A DNA stretch of 64,000 bases from Octopus vulgaris (lineage: Eukaryota): contig OX597817.1 of NCBI GenBank assembly GCA_951406725.2, positions 105,400,001 to 105,464,000 of the forward strand. Direction: 5' to 3'. How positions within the stretch are numbered: the first letter of the stretch is position 1; the number at the start of each line of letters is the position of its first letter. The notes beneath the pieces are model-generated. The model had not been told where the DNA came from. It made no database searches and was given only the letters and a program-made list of their open reading frames with translations. The position numbers and the translations under genes were made by a program. Of the stretch, positions 51,340-64,000 are shown piece by piece.

Positions 51340-51754
51340 TATACATATATACATATATATCGAGAAAGAGGGAGGGGAGAGAGAAGAGTGTGTATGTATG
51401 GTGTGTCACTTAAAACCAGTGACGTTGTTGGTGGACAATTAACAATTACGTAGCGGTTCGACAAATATGCATTGATAAAATAAGTACAAAATTCAAAAAT
51501 AATTACTGGGTTTGATATGCTCGACTGAATTCTTGAAAGTGGTGCTCCAGCATGACCACATTCTAATAACCAGTAAGAGACTAAATGAATAAAAATATAT
51601 AAATACCGTCACTTAATTTCATTTATGTTATTTAGTATCAGCAGTCACCGGGAGCTACACCCAAGCTTTTAATTACCCTTCACATATGTATGATTATATA
51701 TGCACACATTTACATACCTACAAATCTTCTTTCTGCTTTTCTTTTTTTTTTTAA

Positions 51755-52100
51755 TTTGTTTCAGTCACAAGAGTGCGGCCATGCTGGGACACCGCCTTGA
51801 AGAATTTTTTGTCGAATGAATCGACCCCTGAACTTTTTTTATGAGCCTGATACTTATTCTATCAAACCGATAAGTTACTGGGACATAAACACACTATCCG
51901 CGGTTGTCAAGCGGTGGCGGGCGACAAACACAAACACGACGGGCTTCTTTCAGTTTCCGTCTACCAAATCCACTCACAGGGCTTTGGTGGGTCCGACGCT
52001 ATAGTAGGAGACGTTTGCCCAAGGTGTCGCGCCGCGGGACTGAACCTGGAACCATGTGGTTGGGAAGCAAGCTTCTTACCATACAGCCATGCCTGCGCCA
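51755..52100 (-). mobile_element. SINE family 1, full length
   Basis: Head ggcgcaggcatggctgtatggtaagaagcttgcttcccaaccacatggttccaggttcagtccc on minus; tail present. Confidence 0.88.
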
Positions 52101-52643
52101 ATATATAGAACATCTTAGCATTCTTTTTATATTCTTGTGCCTAAATAATTATTTTACATACGAAGATACAATTCACAAACTCTTTATGAATCCGCGCGCG
52201 CGCGCACACACACATACACATATATACATATTCACAGAAAGAAAGAAGGAGGTATGAGATTACTAAAGAGACTGTGACGTCACCAACTTGCAGTTTCTTG
52301 TTTTTCCCACTTTCCCTCCGTCTTCGTGCTTCAATCTCTACTTTCTCCACATCCACCCTCGTATGCATCTCTCTCTCTGTCTCTATCCCTTTTCACCTTC
52401 ATCTTCGCATGCATCTCTTTCTATCTCTATATCACTCGTTCTCATTTCCTCGCTCTCCCTCGACGTTTTTCTTTATTCGACTAACTTCCCTTAACGTTAG
52501 CCAAAAGGTAAGTATAAAAGAACAAGATGCTTAGCAGCATATCGTCTGTCTTTACGTACTGAATACAAATGTCACCGAGGTCGACTTTGCATTTCATCAT
52601 TTCTGGACCGATAAATTAGGGACCAGCTTAGCACCGGTCAAAG

Positions 52644-52696
<53 letters not shown>

Positions 52697-52700
<4 letters not shown>

Positions 52701-52800
52701 CGTAGGGGTGGCTGTGTGGTAAGTAGCTTGCTTACCAACCACATGGTTCCGGGTTCAGCCGCATTGCGTGGCACCTCGGGCAAGTGTCTTCTACCATAGC
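52697..52800 (+). mobile_element. SINE family 1 tRNA-like head, truncated at the Tc1 junction
   Basis: gtggctgtgtggtaagtagcttgcttaccaaccacatggttccgggttca. Confidence 0.85.
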
Positions 52801-53679
52801 ACTAGTCTTAATTTAACACTAGTCTTAAGGCATTTAGGTGACAATTTTTCACCTGCATTTCGACGAACGTACCTTTTCCCATCTGAGCCAAATAACATAG
52901 ACTTAGATTCATCACTGAAATGCACCGTTTGCCATTTTTCTTGAGACCACAACACATGTTCGGTTGCAAAGGTAAGACGACACTTTTTATACTTGTAGCT
53001 GATCAGTGGCTTCACTACAGGTGCTCTTGCTTGTAGGTCATGTTCAACTAAACGACGAGACACAGTTTTTCGGGATAAAGTTTTCTTCAGTACAATGCTC
53101 ATTTCCCGAAAAACAGCAGCAGCAGTTTTAAATCTGTCCTTTTTAACCAACTTTACCATAGCACGATTTTCTCTCTTGGTCGTTTTTCTTGGCCTACCTG
53201 TAGACTTTCTTGCTTCACACGAACCACAATCATCGTAGACCTTAAGAATACTGTGAACAACACTTTTTGACTTGTTAACAATCTTTGCAATAGACCTAAT
53301 ACTTAAATTATCCTTCTTTCGAAGCTTAATAATCTACTGACGAATTGGTAATGGAGTAAGTGGCATTATATTAACAAAGTACACTACAGATATTCTTACT
53401 AATGTTTATTAAACGAACTGTCACGTAAACAAATTCAAAACATTAGAGTTCGGCGGTTAAATATACTAAAACACGGAATAAAAGCAACCGTTCTGATCAT
53501 TTTGGCCGCCATTGGTTTTGCAGTAAATCACTGAATCATCCATAACGTTTGTATTATCCTCTCAAATTACACCAAAATCTCAGACAATAAATAACAAATA
53601 ATATCGTATGTATTGATAAAAACTTATACCTACTTTTCTGACGAAAACAATGCCGTTCTGAACATTTTTGCCGCAACTG

Positions 53680-53680
<1 letters not shown>
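52801..53680 (-). mobile_element. Tc1-family transposon, 5' half, IR/DR-type end
   Basis: TIR CAGTTGCGGCAAAAATGTTCAGAACGG after TA; inner repeat at 53488-53511; transposase from 53366: paired HTH, GRPRKTT, TVSRRL, KPLIS, WQTVHFSDESK. Confidence 0.92.
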
Positions 53681-53711
<31 letters not shown>

Positions 53712-53725
53712 TGTATGTATGTATG

Positions 53726-53788
<63 letters not shown>

Positions 53789-53985
53789 CTCTTAAATTTT
53801 AACATCTCTTCTCCATTTTTAACAAACTTGTTTTATGGGATTCCTTTCCATAAATTCACGTAACACACTATATGCAAGTATTATTTTCATATTCGCAAAT
53901 TTACCAGCTAAATATGAAGAATCTATATTAGTAATCTTTTTTGGAATCCTCCAAATTAAAGGACGAATTATAATTCAAACTTTTG

Positions 53986-54046
<61 letters not shown>

Positions 54047-55250
54047 TGCCTCATGCTAGGGTACCGCCTTCAACAAATTTTAGCCGAACGAATCAACACC
54101 AGTACTTATTATTTTTTTGAGCCTGGTATTCAAACTATCGATCTCTTTTACCGAACCGCTTAGTTACGGGCACGTAAACACACCAACAACGGTTGTCAAC
54201 CGGTGGTGTGGGTCAAACACAGACACAAACACCCCCTCCCCTGATGTCGCTGGCATTATGCCAAAATTTGAAGCCAACACATACATAAAAGTAACTTAGA
54301 AATGTATGCATGTATGTCTATATACGTATTTCTTTTAAGTATATCATTTTTCAAAATTTTATATAATGTCGGTCACCTTTTTTTGCATATTTTGTAGAAA
54401 GTTACTTTATCTCTAAAAAAGGAAAAACAAAACGCAAAACAAAACAAAAACGATAATGATTATCTAGCCGCTATTTAATTGACCTGTAAACTTTCCACAG
54501 TTCGTATAAGAGATAGTGCTGATATCACAGACACGGAACCCTTTCTGCATTACTGTAGGTCTCATCACAAAGTAACACAAGGGGTCTGTAGTGAGTCAGG
54601 AAAGCTATTTGTGTTGCAGCGGCATAGGACAGTTGTATTATGGCATACTCCAGTCAATCAGGTCTGGACGCGCAGGACTACAAAACGCAGTTTGCTGACC
54701 AAGGAGAGAAACAGGGAGTTTAAGCAGTTGGCGAAAAGACGGCACAGCAGCAACATTTCTTCTTTCAATATGAATCAGTTTTTGATTTTCCACCACCAAC
54801 TTAACTTCGCTCCTCTTGATGACATCAGCCACAACTCTGCCTCATAATGAATTGTATATTTTCTGTTAAACTCAATCTCTTCCTATTAGTTTATAACGGC
54901 TTCCAACAGAATCATTTTGTTCAAAAGTAAGTTATAACGCTTTACCTGTCTCACATACACATACAGACTATACATCTTGCTACTCTCCTATTTCAATAAA
55001 AATACATTCCAATTTTAATAAAATTATTTAATAGAGTACTTTGTCTAAAAACTGCCTTCTGATATCCATTTACACATGCTTCTAAAAAGGGCATTTAATG
55101 GACTTTTTCACGAACACTTTCATAATACTTTAAATTAGTGATCGTTCACACTAAAGGACCTTATAATGCACAACTTCATCCAAAGTATGTATGCCTTAAA
55201 ACGGCACCGCATAGTTATACTGGCACTTCGTTCTCATATTTTGTGTTGCT

Positions 55251-55291
<41 letters not shown>

Positions 55292-55420
55292 TGTGTGTGT
55301 ATTATGTACGCATGTGTATACAATCATACACACATACATATATGCACTCATATATATATATATGTGTATATATATATACATAAATACATACATATATATA
55401 TTATATATACATAAATAGAA

Positions 55421-55480
<60 letters not shown>

Positions 55481-55489
55481 GTGTGTGTG

Positions 55490-55700
55490 TGTGTCTTTGT
55501 CTGTGTTTTCCCCCACCCATTACTGCTTGGCAACTGGTGTTGGTGTGTTTACGTCCCCGTAAATTAGCGGTTCGGCAAAAGCCACCGATAGAATAAGTGC
55601 TAGGCTTTAAAATATGTTCTGAGGTCGATTTTCTCGAATGAAACCCTTCAAGGCGGTGCTCCAGAATGACCGCAGTCAAATGACTGAAACACCTAAAAAA
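55490..55700 (+). mobile_element. SINE family 1, 3' half; further fragments at 54050-54230(-) and 56077-56240(+)
   Basis: ggtgtgtttacgtccccgtaaattagcggttcggcaaaag core and tail. Confidence 0.8.
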
Positions 55701-55704
55701 ATAA

Positions 55705-55767
<63 letters not shown>

Positions 55768-55875
55768 CTCAAATGAATGAAGAACATGAAATTGAAAGTC
55801 TCACACACACACTCTCTCTCTCTCTTTTTCTCTCTCTCCTTCAAAACACACACACACATGTATATGTGTGTATAC

Positions 55876-55932
<57 letters not shown>

Positions 55933-56907
55933 ATATCTCCACCTAATTAGGAAATTTCAATTGATTAAAATTATTTTGCCTACGTCACTGAGCTCATATT
56001 TATCTTGCAAGCAAGATAAATATGTACTGAATGACGTACACAAAAGTGTCAATAAAAATTTATCATACTTATTATATAGGAGCAGACACGATTATGCATT
56101 TAAGAAGCTCGCTTTGTAACCACGCGATGCCAGGTTCAACCCCACCGCGCGGCACCTTGAGCAAGTGTTTTCTACTATAGCCTCTGAGCAACCAATGTTT
56201 TGTGAGTGAATGTGGTAGACGGAAACTGTGTTGAAGCCCAACGTGGGTGCCTGTGCGTGCGTGCGCGCGCGCGCGCGTGTGTGTCCCGATACTTGCAGAG
56301 ATTATCTTGTTAATAAAATGGCTTTCATATTCGGGTTTACAGCAGTTTGTTTACGAAAGTTGTTTTGCAACTATGAAATTCGTATTTGGTATTCGGTACT
56401 AAAATCATAATGCAGCATCTTCGATAACTTTCTCGTACCGATCTCAGAACCTCCAAAAGTCATGGCTAGGGGGCATACATACATACATACATACATACAT
56501 ACATACATACATACATACAAACATTCATACATACATACATACATACATACATACATACATACATACATACATACATACATACATACATACATACATACAT
56601 ACATACATGATGGCTGCCCCCTCGTTATCGAGTATGGCCATTGCACGAAGCTTAACTGTTACTGGCGCTGTGATCGAATGTGACTTTTTAGCCCAGCTAA
56701 AGATCTACAATGTCTTGTACAAAATTGGCAAGTAAAACCTTTACCAGTAATAGCCGGCTGTAGTTGTAACTGGGCTTCATGTACCTTTGCATGTCGTTTA
56801 AGTCCTCCTGCCGAATTACACTCTCTTCCACATGCCCGACATATATGATTAGTACATACCTACATACATACATAGATACATAGATACATACATACATACA
56901 TACATAT

Positions 56908-56968
<61 letters not shown>

Positions 56969-57107
56969 GTTATAATTTTCTTTCGAAATACATACACAGC
57001 GTAGAAGTGCTCAAGTCGAACCTGAGGCGTTAGATAAGTATAATGGATACGATAGAAAAAGTTCGAATCAGGCACAGGTTTAATTAAGATAAAAATAGTG
57101 TATCCAT

Positions 57108-57155
<48 letters not shown>

Positions 57156-57584
57156 TCCGTTCATATGGTCGCCGTCACATTAGGATAGTCACATTAGATA
57201 AAGCAGTCCTTGACAGCTTTGAAAGAGGCAGATGGTCACAGCTGCTCGGTCAGTTAAAGTCGACCTAGAGTTTAGCATAAATAACAATTGCAAGCAATAT
57301 GTAGCCCACGAGCCCTTCTGAACAGCTCAGCTAACAAAAAGTTAGCTTAAACTTATTTAATAATGCCACCCGCTTAATGAGTCATGTCTCATGCAGCCTG
57401 CTTCTCGAAAAAGATTGCCCATGCCTGCTCGATCTCTTAGAAAATGCAGCTGTATCTCTATTGTATCATACCATGTCTTTTGAAAAACAGAATCATTTGG
57501 TAGATGTGTATAAGGTATACTACGCCTAAAAGAAAAGTAAGCTTGAGTAGTTATGACTGGAATACTTTTGGCTATAGATCTACA

Positions 57585-57800
57585 AGTGACAAATGGACAG
57601 AAGGCTGCATACTCCCATTTCCAAAGAATGGTGATTTGGGTCTCATAAAGAACTACAGAGGCGTCACTCTTACAGCTATAGCTTCAAAAATTTATCATTC
57701 ACTCTTACTCAACAAAGTACATTCAGAAATTGGGAGGGTTTTGAGAAGAAATCAAAATGGCTTCAGATAAACATAGATCAAATTGTCGGGCAATTCCTTA
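57585..57800 (+). pseudogene. RTE-clade LINE RT N-terminal fragment
   Basis: DKWTEGCILPFPKNGDLGLIKNYRGVTLTAIASKIYHSLLLN...NQNGFR. Confidence 0.85.
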
Positions 57801-57801
57801 C

Positions 57802-59080
57802 TCTCCCCTTTTGATTTTATAAACAATCAATTTCTCTTATTCACTCTCATCCACGCTGCCGCACTTGCCCTTACCTCTCCAACACTGAAGGAGTAATAGA
57901 ATGGAAAAAATATTACTGACTGTTGTAAAGCGGTCTTTTACCACTTTTGTATCTGTCTTTTGACGACGGTTGTCGCTCTGACAGATATTGTTATATTCCG
58001 AAACCGTCGACAGAATGGATCTACATGGCACTGTACGAACCCGAGTCGTACAGTGTTATTATCCTCGAAGGGTTGGATCGTTAAAACAACCAATCAGTAT
58101 CACAGTATAATTACTATATCATCACAGATACGACTACTAACACAGTCTACACGTACTCTCGACCTTTCTAACCTTCTCCTGTCGACCGGCTACTAGTCTA
58201 TTTGTAATGGTTGGCCACTACCCCTTTTTACCGGGCGGGGTGTACAGTTTCACTATACAACATCTCCCCTTTTGATTTTATAAACAATCAATTTCTCTTA
58301 TTCACTCTCATCCACGCTGCCGCACTTGCCCTTACCTCTCCAACACCACCCTCCTCACCGGCACCCATCATCGACCCTATCACATCACCGACTCCTTCAT
58401 TTGCCCTTCTACCAATATCATCTGCTGCATCTCCTGCTCTCTCCGCTATTCTCTATACATCGGGCAAACGGGACGCCGCTTGGCTGACCGGTTCGCAGAA
58501 CACCTCCGAGACATCCGACTCGGCAATGACATCCCGGTCTTGCGCCATTTCTGCTCTACCGGTCACTCTTTGCAACACCTGTCCGTGTTCGGATTGTCCT
58601 TGTGCAGGGGCCATCCGGACTCCCATTTGCGCCGTGAACAAGGATTAATCTTCTCTCTTAGCTCCTTTGCGCCACATGGGTTCAACTCTCCTCCCCTCTT
58701 CATCTAACCTCCTCCCCTCGCCTCTCACCCCCTCACACCTACATCCTCCCACCCACCTCTCCTCTCTTGCTCCTACTCTCCTTCTCTCTTCTCTTCACTC
58801 CTACCCACCTTCTCCTTCCTCCCTTCATCGTCACCTCTCCCTCGTAAGCCCACCCCACCCCTATACATTCCAACCCCATCTTCCCTATCTTTCCCCATCC
58901 CTTACACTCACTCCCACATACCCCACCCTCCACCTACGCACACCCCACCTCTACCCCCAACCCCAGCCTAACCCACACCCCACCCGTGCTTTCCCCACTC
59001 CCGCCTCCCCCACCTCCCAACACCATCACACCACACCACACACCACTACACCTTACACCACCATACCACACATCACCGTT
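57802..59080 (+). mobile_element. Penelope-like (Neptune-type) partial tandem: pLTR with degenerate HHR, GIY-YIG endonuclease and C-rich 3' region
   Basis: 84-bp exact direct repeat at 57802-57885 and 58263-58346. Frame 58309-58707 reads HPRCRTCPY...CPSTNIICCISCSLRYSLYIGQTGRRLADRFAEH...RREQGLIFSL..APHGFN. HHR remnant at 57953-58013. Confidence 0.85.
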
Positions 59081-59460
59081 AGCATGGAGAATAGAGTGAG
59101 CAACTCGTTTCATTGCGATTGTTCCGCCAACGCTTAACCGGAAGAATTATTGCTGGAATATCGTTATATGATATAAGAAATAATACTTTGTATCTGTATT
59201 ATTTCAGTGACACCGGAAAATGTCAACTCCTTGGGTATATGTATAAATCGACTTGCTGAACGAACCCTAATTTCACAAAATATATGCATGTTGTTGAAGA
59301 TGCTCATATCATTTCATTGGCATATCAATAGTTAAAACAAAAGACAAATACACACACACACACCCACACACAGACACACAAACACATAAATGTATATGTA
59401 TGTATACAGTCACACATTTGTACATACATACATACATACATACATACATACATACATACA

Positions 59461-59492
<32 letters not shown>

Positions 59493-59778
59493 CGCATATG
59501 TGTCTGTGTGTGTATATGTGTGTGTTTTCCGAATGCAGAAATTGCAATGATTCTGGGACGAATGTTCGCTGATGAAATGGGATTTTCCACGTCTGTATTT
59601 TCCTTTACCGTCAGAAGCTGTACTCCTTTACCATTACTCTGAATTTTCATTTCTAATGTACGTATTTAATATGCCAAGCATTAAAAATATAATTAGAAAT
59701 AATTATATGCGTAGGAAGAGAGAACGAAAACTTAGTGACTAATATTATTCTAATAAATTCAGCGAGTATAGGAGACAA

Positions 59779-59819
59779 CTCTAAACATGTTTGGGTCATA
59801 TAAGACCTCATCAGCAAAG
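59779..59819 (-). ncRNA. Degenerate minimal type I hammerhead ribozyme
   Basis: ctttg-CTGATGA-GGTC ttatat GACC-(c)AAA-CATG-TT-tagag; one core G>C change; palindromic stem III. Confidence 0.55.
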
Positions 59820-60818
59820 AATGGACTTACGCCGTTGATGAATCACTATGTAAATAATATAACAATGTACGTGAGTAGACGTACAAGCTGAACACGTTAA
59901 ACAAAAATTAACTGAGGTTAATTACTCAAATGTTACCGAATCAGTGACTCGTACGTAGGTAATCAACCAGCTGGAAATAACAGTTAAATTTTTCAGCTCA
60001 CAACTCACCGTCTTTGATACGAACAAACTGGATAATGCGGTTCTAGGTTCCCTGCACATAGGATATAGATGGCTAGACAACTTTTATTAGCGCTGACCCG
60101 GTGCTAAATAACAAAAATAACCACAAATCAGATATATTTCGAAATTGTATGAAGGTTGATTGTGCTGTGGCATTCGCAAATAAACTGAATTCAAAGGATG
60201 AATTCATTTTCTATATCACCTTGGTTCTCTCCACCATCTCTCTTCTTTCTCATTCTGACAGCATTTTTAATAAGTCCAGTGATTAACTCTTTACAGAAAA
60301 AGGTTTAAGAATGTAGGAGTACCCTCGATACAAATGAAACAATAGCTTCAACCGGAACCATAACCGGATTTGACTCAGCGCGAGCTTATCTTCTAATTTA
60401 CAGAGTTCGTTTTGAGAGTGATAAATATGGCCGTAGGAGTTTTGACGCGGAACAAGGTCATTGCATGTTAATTAAAAATTCTTTCATCATTAAACAGAAA
60501 GAGACTTTACGCTGGAACGTCATTAAACACGAGAGAATTTACATTGTATATAGAACATCGACGTCATCTTTTTCCCTTCGCCCACTCGCTCTTCCGCTTC
60601 CCGCTTTTATTTCCTTACAACTGCACCTTTTCTCCCTTTTCACTTTTCCCAGTTCCTCCCACTTCTACTTTCCATTTGCGTATCTTTCCCCCTCACTCAA
60701 TTTTCTCCTCTTTCCTCTCTCCTCTTACCTTCATATTCCTCCCCCTTTTTTATAACCTTACTCCTAACACTTTTCCCCTTGACCTCCTTCTTTATCATTC
60801 TCGTCCTCTACTTCTCCA

Positions 60819-61023
<205 letters not shown>

Positions 61024-61399
61024 ATGCTGTGGTTCAGGTTATTAGCAATAAACTAGCAGTAATTTTAATATATACACTCCATTTTCCTCCCATAGTTGAG
61101 AATATATGCTGTGATACTAGTCATCAGCTTTCTTCGTTACATCTTTAACTGTCTCACGGGGGTTCTACACATGGAGCTCTTAGAAACATCAACCAGACCA
61201 ATCACGATGTGTAATGTAGTCTGAGGTAGATTATGTCCAAAACAAAGATGGGGTGGCAATCGCTGGAATATTTTGATGCATCTGCTGGATCAGCTTTGAA
61301 CTAAATCTAAACGACAACAGCGGCAGCAATAACTCCCTTCGCTCGGTCAAAACATTGCACTACTTTTGTCTTTTCAGTTGCATTTGAAACTCTCAGTTT

Positions 61400-61745
61400 T
61401 CCAGTATCTCACTTTTGGCCATTGACCTCCGAAAGACTATATTGAACTCATTCCATCCATCATTCTTTTCCACTAACATGCAGAGCGCACTGGAAAGACT
61501 TTTCTTCACAGGACTAATGTCTCAGTCTTCGCTACACTTATTCTCATCCCTGTCTTACCGCACTCGGCAGCGAACCCGTATAGTGCATGGTGGAGATCAT
61601 CTTCTGATGAGCCAAGAAGCACCATGTCAACTGCAAATATCAGCTGACCGATCCTTTACCTACCTATTGCGATATCACTTCCACAACTGCTGCGCATATC
61701 AATCCACTTCAGAAAATTGTAAAAGGATCTAAAAAGGCTATTGGC
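61400..61745 (-). pseudogene. RTE/Expander-like LINE RT fragment (domains 5-7)
   Basis: LIFAVDMVLLGSSEDDLHHALYGFAAECGKTGMRISVAKTETLVL. Confidence 0.7.
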
Positions 61746-62462
61746 TCGGCAACTTTTAACTCCTTGAGCGAAAACAGTTAAAGAAAATTAGGAAGAAATC
61801 GTCGTTGCTAAGTAGGGGAAACCAGTAACATAAATATGGGACAACATATAAATTCTAAATGCTTTTTTTTTTTACTTTGTTTTTTAATGTATTGGAGGAT
61901 ATAGAGCAGAATCCATTACTTTTCCAGATCACCACTGACTAGTTAGAGAAGAGGAGAGAAATAACGGTCGATGGCTTGTTGCAGTCGGAAGCAACGGAAT
62001 AGTCTCTGCTAAAAGTATTAAGAGGCAGATGTTGATGTTAAAGAGAATAACATATTCGAACTATGACGCATTGGTTTCAAAGTAATTGTGGTAAGCTACA
62101 ATGGTAGCAGAGTAAAGTTTATTTGGGAAATTGGTAAATAAGAAAAATAATCATCTAGAAGCAGTTGATATAGATAGCTTTCTTTGAGGTTGGCTATAAA
62201 TACTAGTTATAATTAAGTTCGAACACCGGAAAATTATTTCCCGTTTAAATAAAAAAAAACAACAACAAATAACGAAAATAGAGAGCTTCTTACAATATGA
62301 AAGGGAAAGTTAAATATCCTTTGTGTGTTTCAGGCGCAAAGGTCCATCGTCAAAAATGTCTCCATTCACATTGTAATAAGCTTTCTGTGTTTATTATTAT
62401 TTTACTTCTGTATCACATTGCTTCTTGCAAACTACAACGCTCTTCATTTATGTTTAACTTTG

Positions 62463-62765
62463 TACGAGGGTAAGTCAAAAAGTAATGCCATTTTATTTAG
62501 GACAGGTATAATTACCAACACAGGAACACGTATCATACATCAAAATGAAGCTGGTCCTCTGTGGATCACATCCCTACTTCTCAACATAGTCACCATTTCT
62601 CTCAATAGCAATGTTCCACCTTCGAATGAGAGCGTGTATCCCTGCCCCGTAAAATTCTGCTGACTGTTCTTAGAGCCACTTCTTCCCTACAGTTTTAACT
62701 TCCTCGTCACTGGAATAATGCTTGCCTCTCAAACTCTCTTTCATGGAGCCGAAGAGATGATAGTC
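62463..62765 (-). mobile_element. Mariner 3' fragment with TIR
   Basis: TACGAGGGTAAGTCAAAAAGTAATG TIR; YHLFGSMKESLRGKHYSSDEEVK...IHALIRRWNIAIERNGDYVEK*. Confidence 0.88.
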
Positions 62766-62895
62766 CAGTGACACAACTGGCACGAAAGGATGAAAGGCAA
62801 AGTCGACATCAGTAGATTTTTATCTCGGAACGCAAAGACGGACGAAATATCGCTAAGCATTTGGCCAGCGAGCTAACAATTCTATCAGCCTCCCT
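62765..62895 (-). mobile_element. SINE family 2
   Basis: Reverse homology to 3948-4145. Confidence 0.7.
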
Positions 62896-62913
62896 AACAA
62901 CAACAACAACACA

Positions 62914-62974
<61 letters not shown>

Positions 62975-63664
62975 ACACACACACATATATATATATATGC
63001 ATGTATATGTGTGTACATATATACCGCTAAGACTATCACAGATATTTGATTTCAAAGTGATTCGAATGCATTATTTGTAATGAAACCTTGCGTTTTTGTA
63101 ATATTAATTTCAGATTCTCTAACAGACAAGATGACTTGTGATGTATGATTGCAATCTCCGCGGAAAATTTATAAACATAAAACTGGAGTAACGAAGTAGA
63201 AAGTCGTAAACGTCTAGATTCAACGACCTATTTATATTGAAATGTCAGATATTTGGTTTAGCAACCTATTTATGATAAAAATAGAATAGTTTTCCTCGTA
63301 AACATGATGTTCTTGGTATCAGTATCACTAATCGGCATAATTCTCTTTCTGAATCCCAAGACTTTTGGAGTAGCAGCTTATATATCGATGGATAAAAATT
63401 CAACTGCGTCTAAATGTACAAATTTGTAATAGGATTTAAGTACGTCGTTTAAACATTTGAATTACCGAAGTACTATTATTCCATAAAAAAATAGGCTGGT
63501 TGCTTATCCGATACTAGTCTACTCAAAAATATGTTTACTAATACTACCAAACTCACTCGAAACATGATTTATCGATGTACACCCCAGGTTTGTTGAGAAA
63601 TTATCTTTATGGTCGTTGAAAGTAATATACAGACTGCGATTAGCTAAATATATTTTGACGGAAC

Positions 63665-64000
63665 ATATTGGTGCTGCATGGTTATTAACTGCTTAACAAG
63701 TTTGCCTCGCAATCGTGAAGTCACGGGTTCGATCCCATGACATCTTCAGTAAGTGTCTTTTATCACAGCCTCGATAAAACCAAGTTTTGTGAGTGACATT
63801 AGATAAACTGAAACTGTGTGGAAGCTCACTGGATGTATTCTTTTACTTGTTTCAGTCATTTGACTGCGACCAAGCTGGAACACCGCCTTAAGGTTCTTTT
63901 TTTAATTGAGGAAATCGACCCCTGGACTAACTCTTTGTAAGCTTAGTATTTATTTTCTCGGTCTCATTGTCAAATCGCTAAGTTACGGGGACGTAAGTAC
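63665..64000. mobile_element. SINE family 1 head (+, 63665-63830) abutting a SINE family 1 tail (-, 63841-64000)
   Basis: gggttcgatccca head; ttgtttcagtcatttgactgcg tail in reverse. Confidence 0.75.

Larger units (their letters stand above)
50640..51519. repeat. Perfect ~167-bp inverted repeat flanking the 488-bp HHR unit
   Basis: 50640-50806 is the reverse complement of 51353-51519; extra partial copies at 50535-50580 and 50619-50636. Confidence 0.92.

Noticed and set aside
54479-54847. 122-aa ORF or transposase remnant
   Set aside because: No ATG start, no clear catalytic motif and no splice support.
61604-61610. Isolated CTGATGA motifs (also 8164, 16221, 1103 minus, 61122 minus) and CTGAAGA at 31162
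   Set aside because: No downstream stem II-GAAA-UH-stem I. The 61604 motif lies inside an RTE RT coding remnant.

Overview
AT-rich, microsatellite-dense animal genomic DNA. The SINE families, (TACA)n/(TA)n tracts and divergent rDNA suggest a coleoid cephalopod, probably Octopus (inference from recalled repeat patterns, no database search). Only one host gene is credible: a ~930-aa single-exon ORF (39277-42075, +) with an AT-hook and an LRIF1-like C-terminal coiled coil, lying in a TE-free block at ~34.7-43.5 kb. The rest is mostly decayed mobile DNA: Penelope-like elements (PLEs), R4/Dong-like, RTE and CR1 LINEs, mariner, Tc1, hAT MITEs, two tRNA-derived SINE families, and an orphan ITS2-28S rDNA fragment. 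The most notable signal is about 12 type I hammerhead ribozyme (HHR) motifs from at least 6-7 unrelated families, folded by hand. These include an intact HHR inside a non-coding 488-bp terminally redundant unit (retrozyme-like) flanked by a perfect inverted duplication of target DNA, and a tRNA-headed, HHR-bearing Penelope pseudo-LTR. Most short ORFs in the supplied track are microsatellite artefacts.
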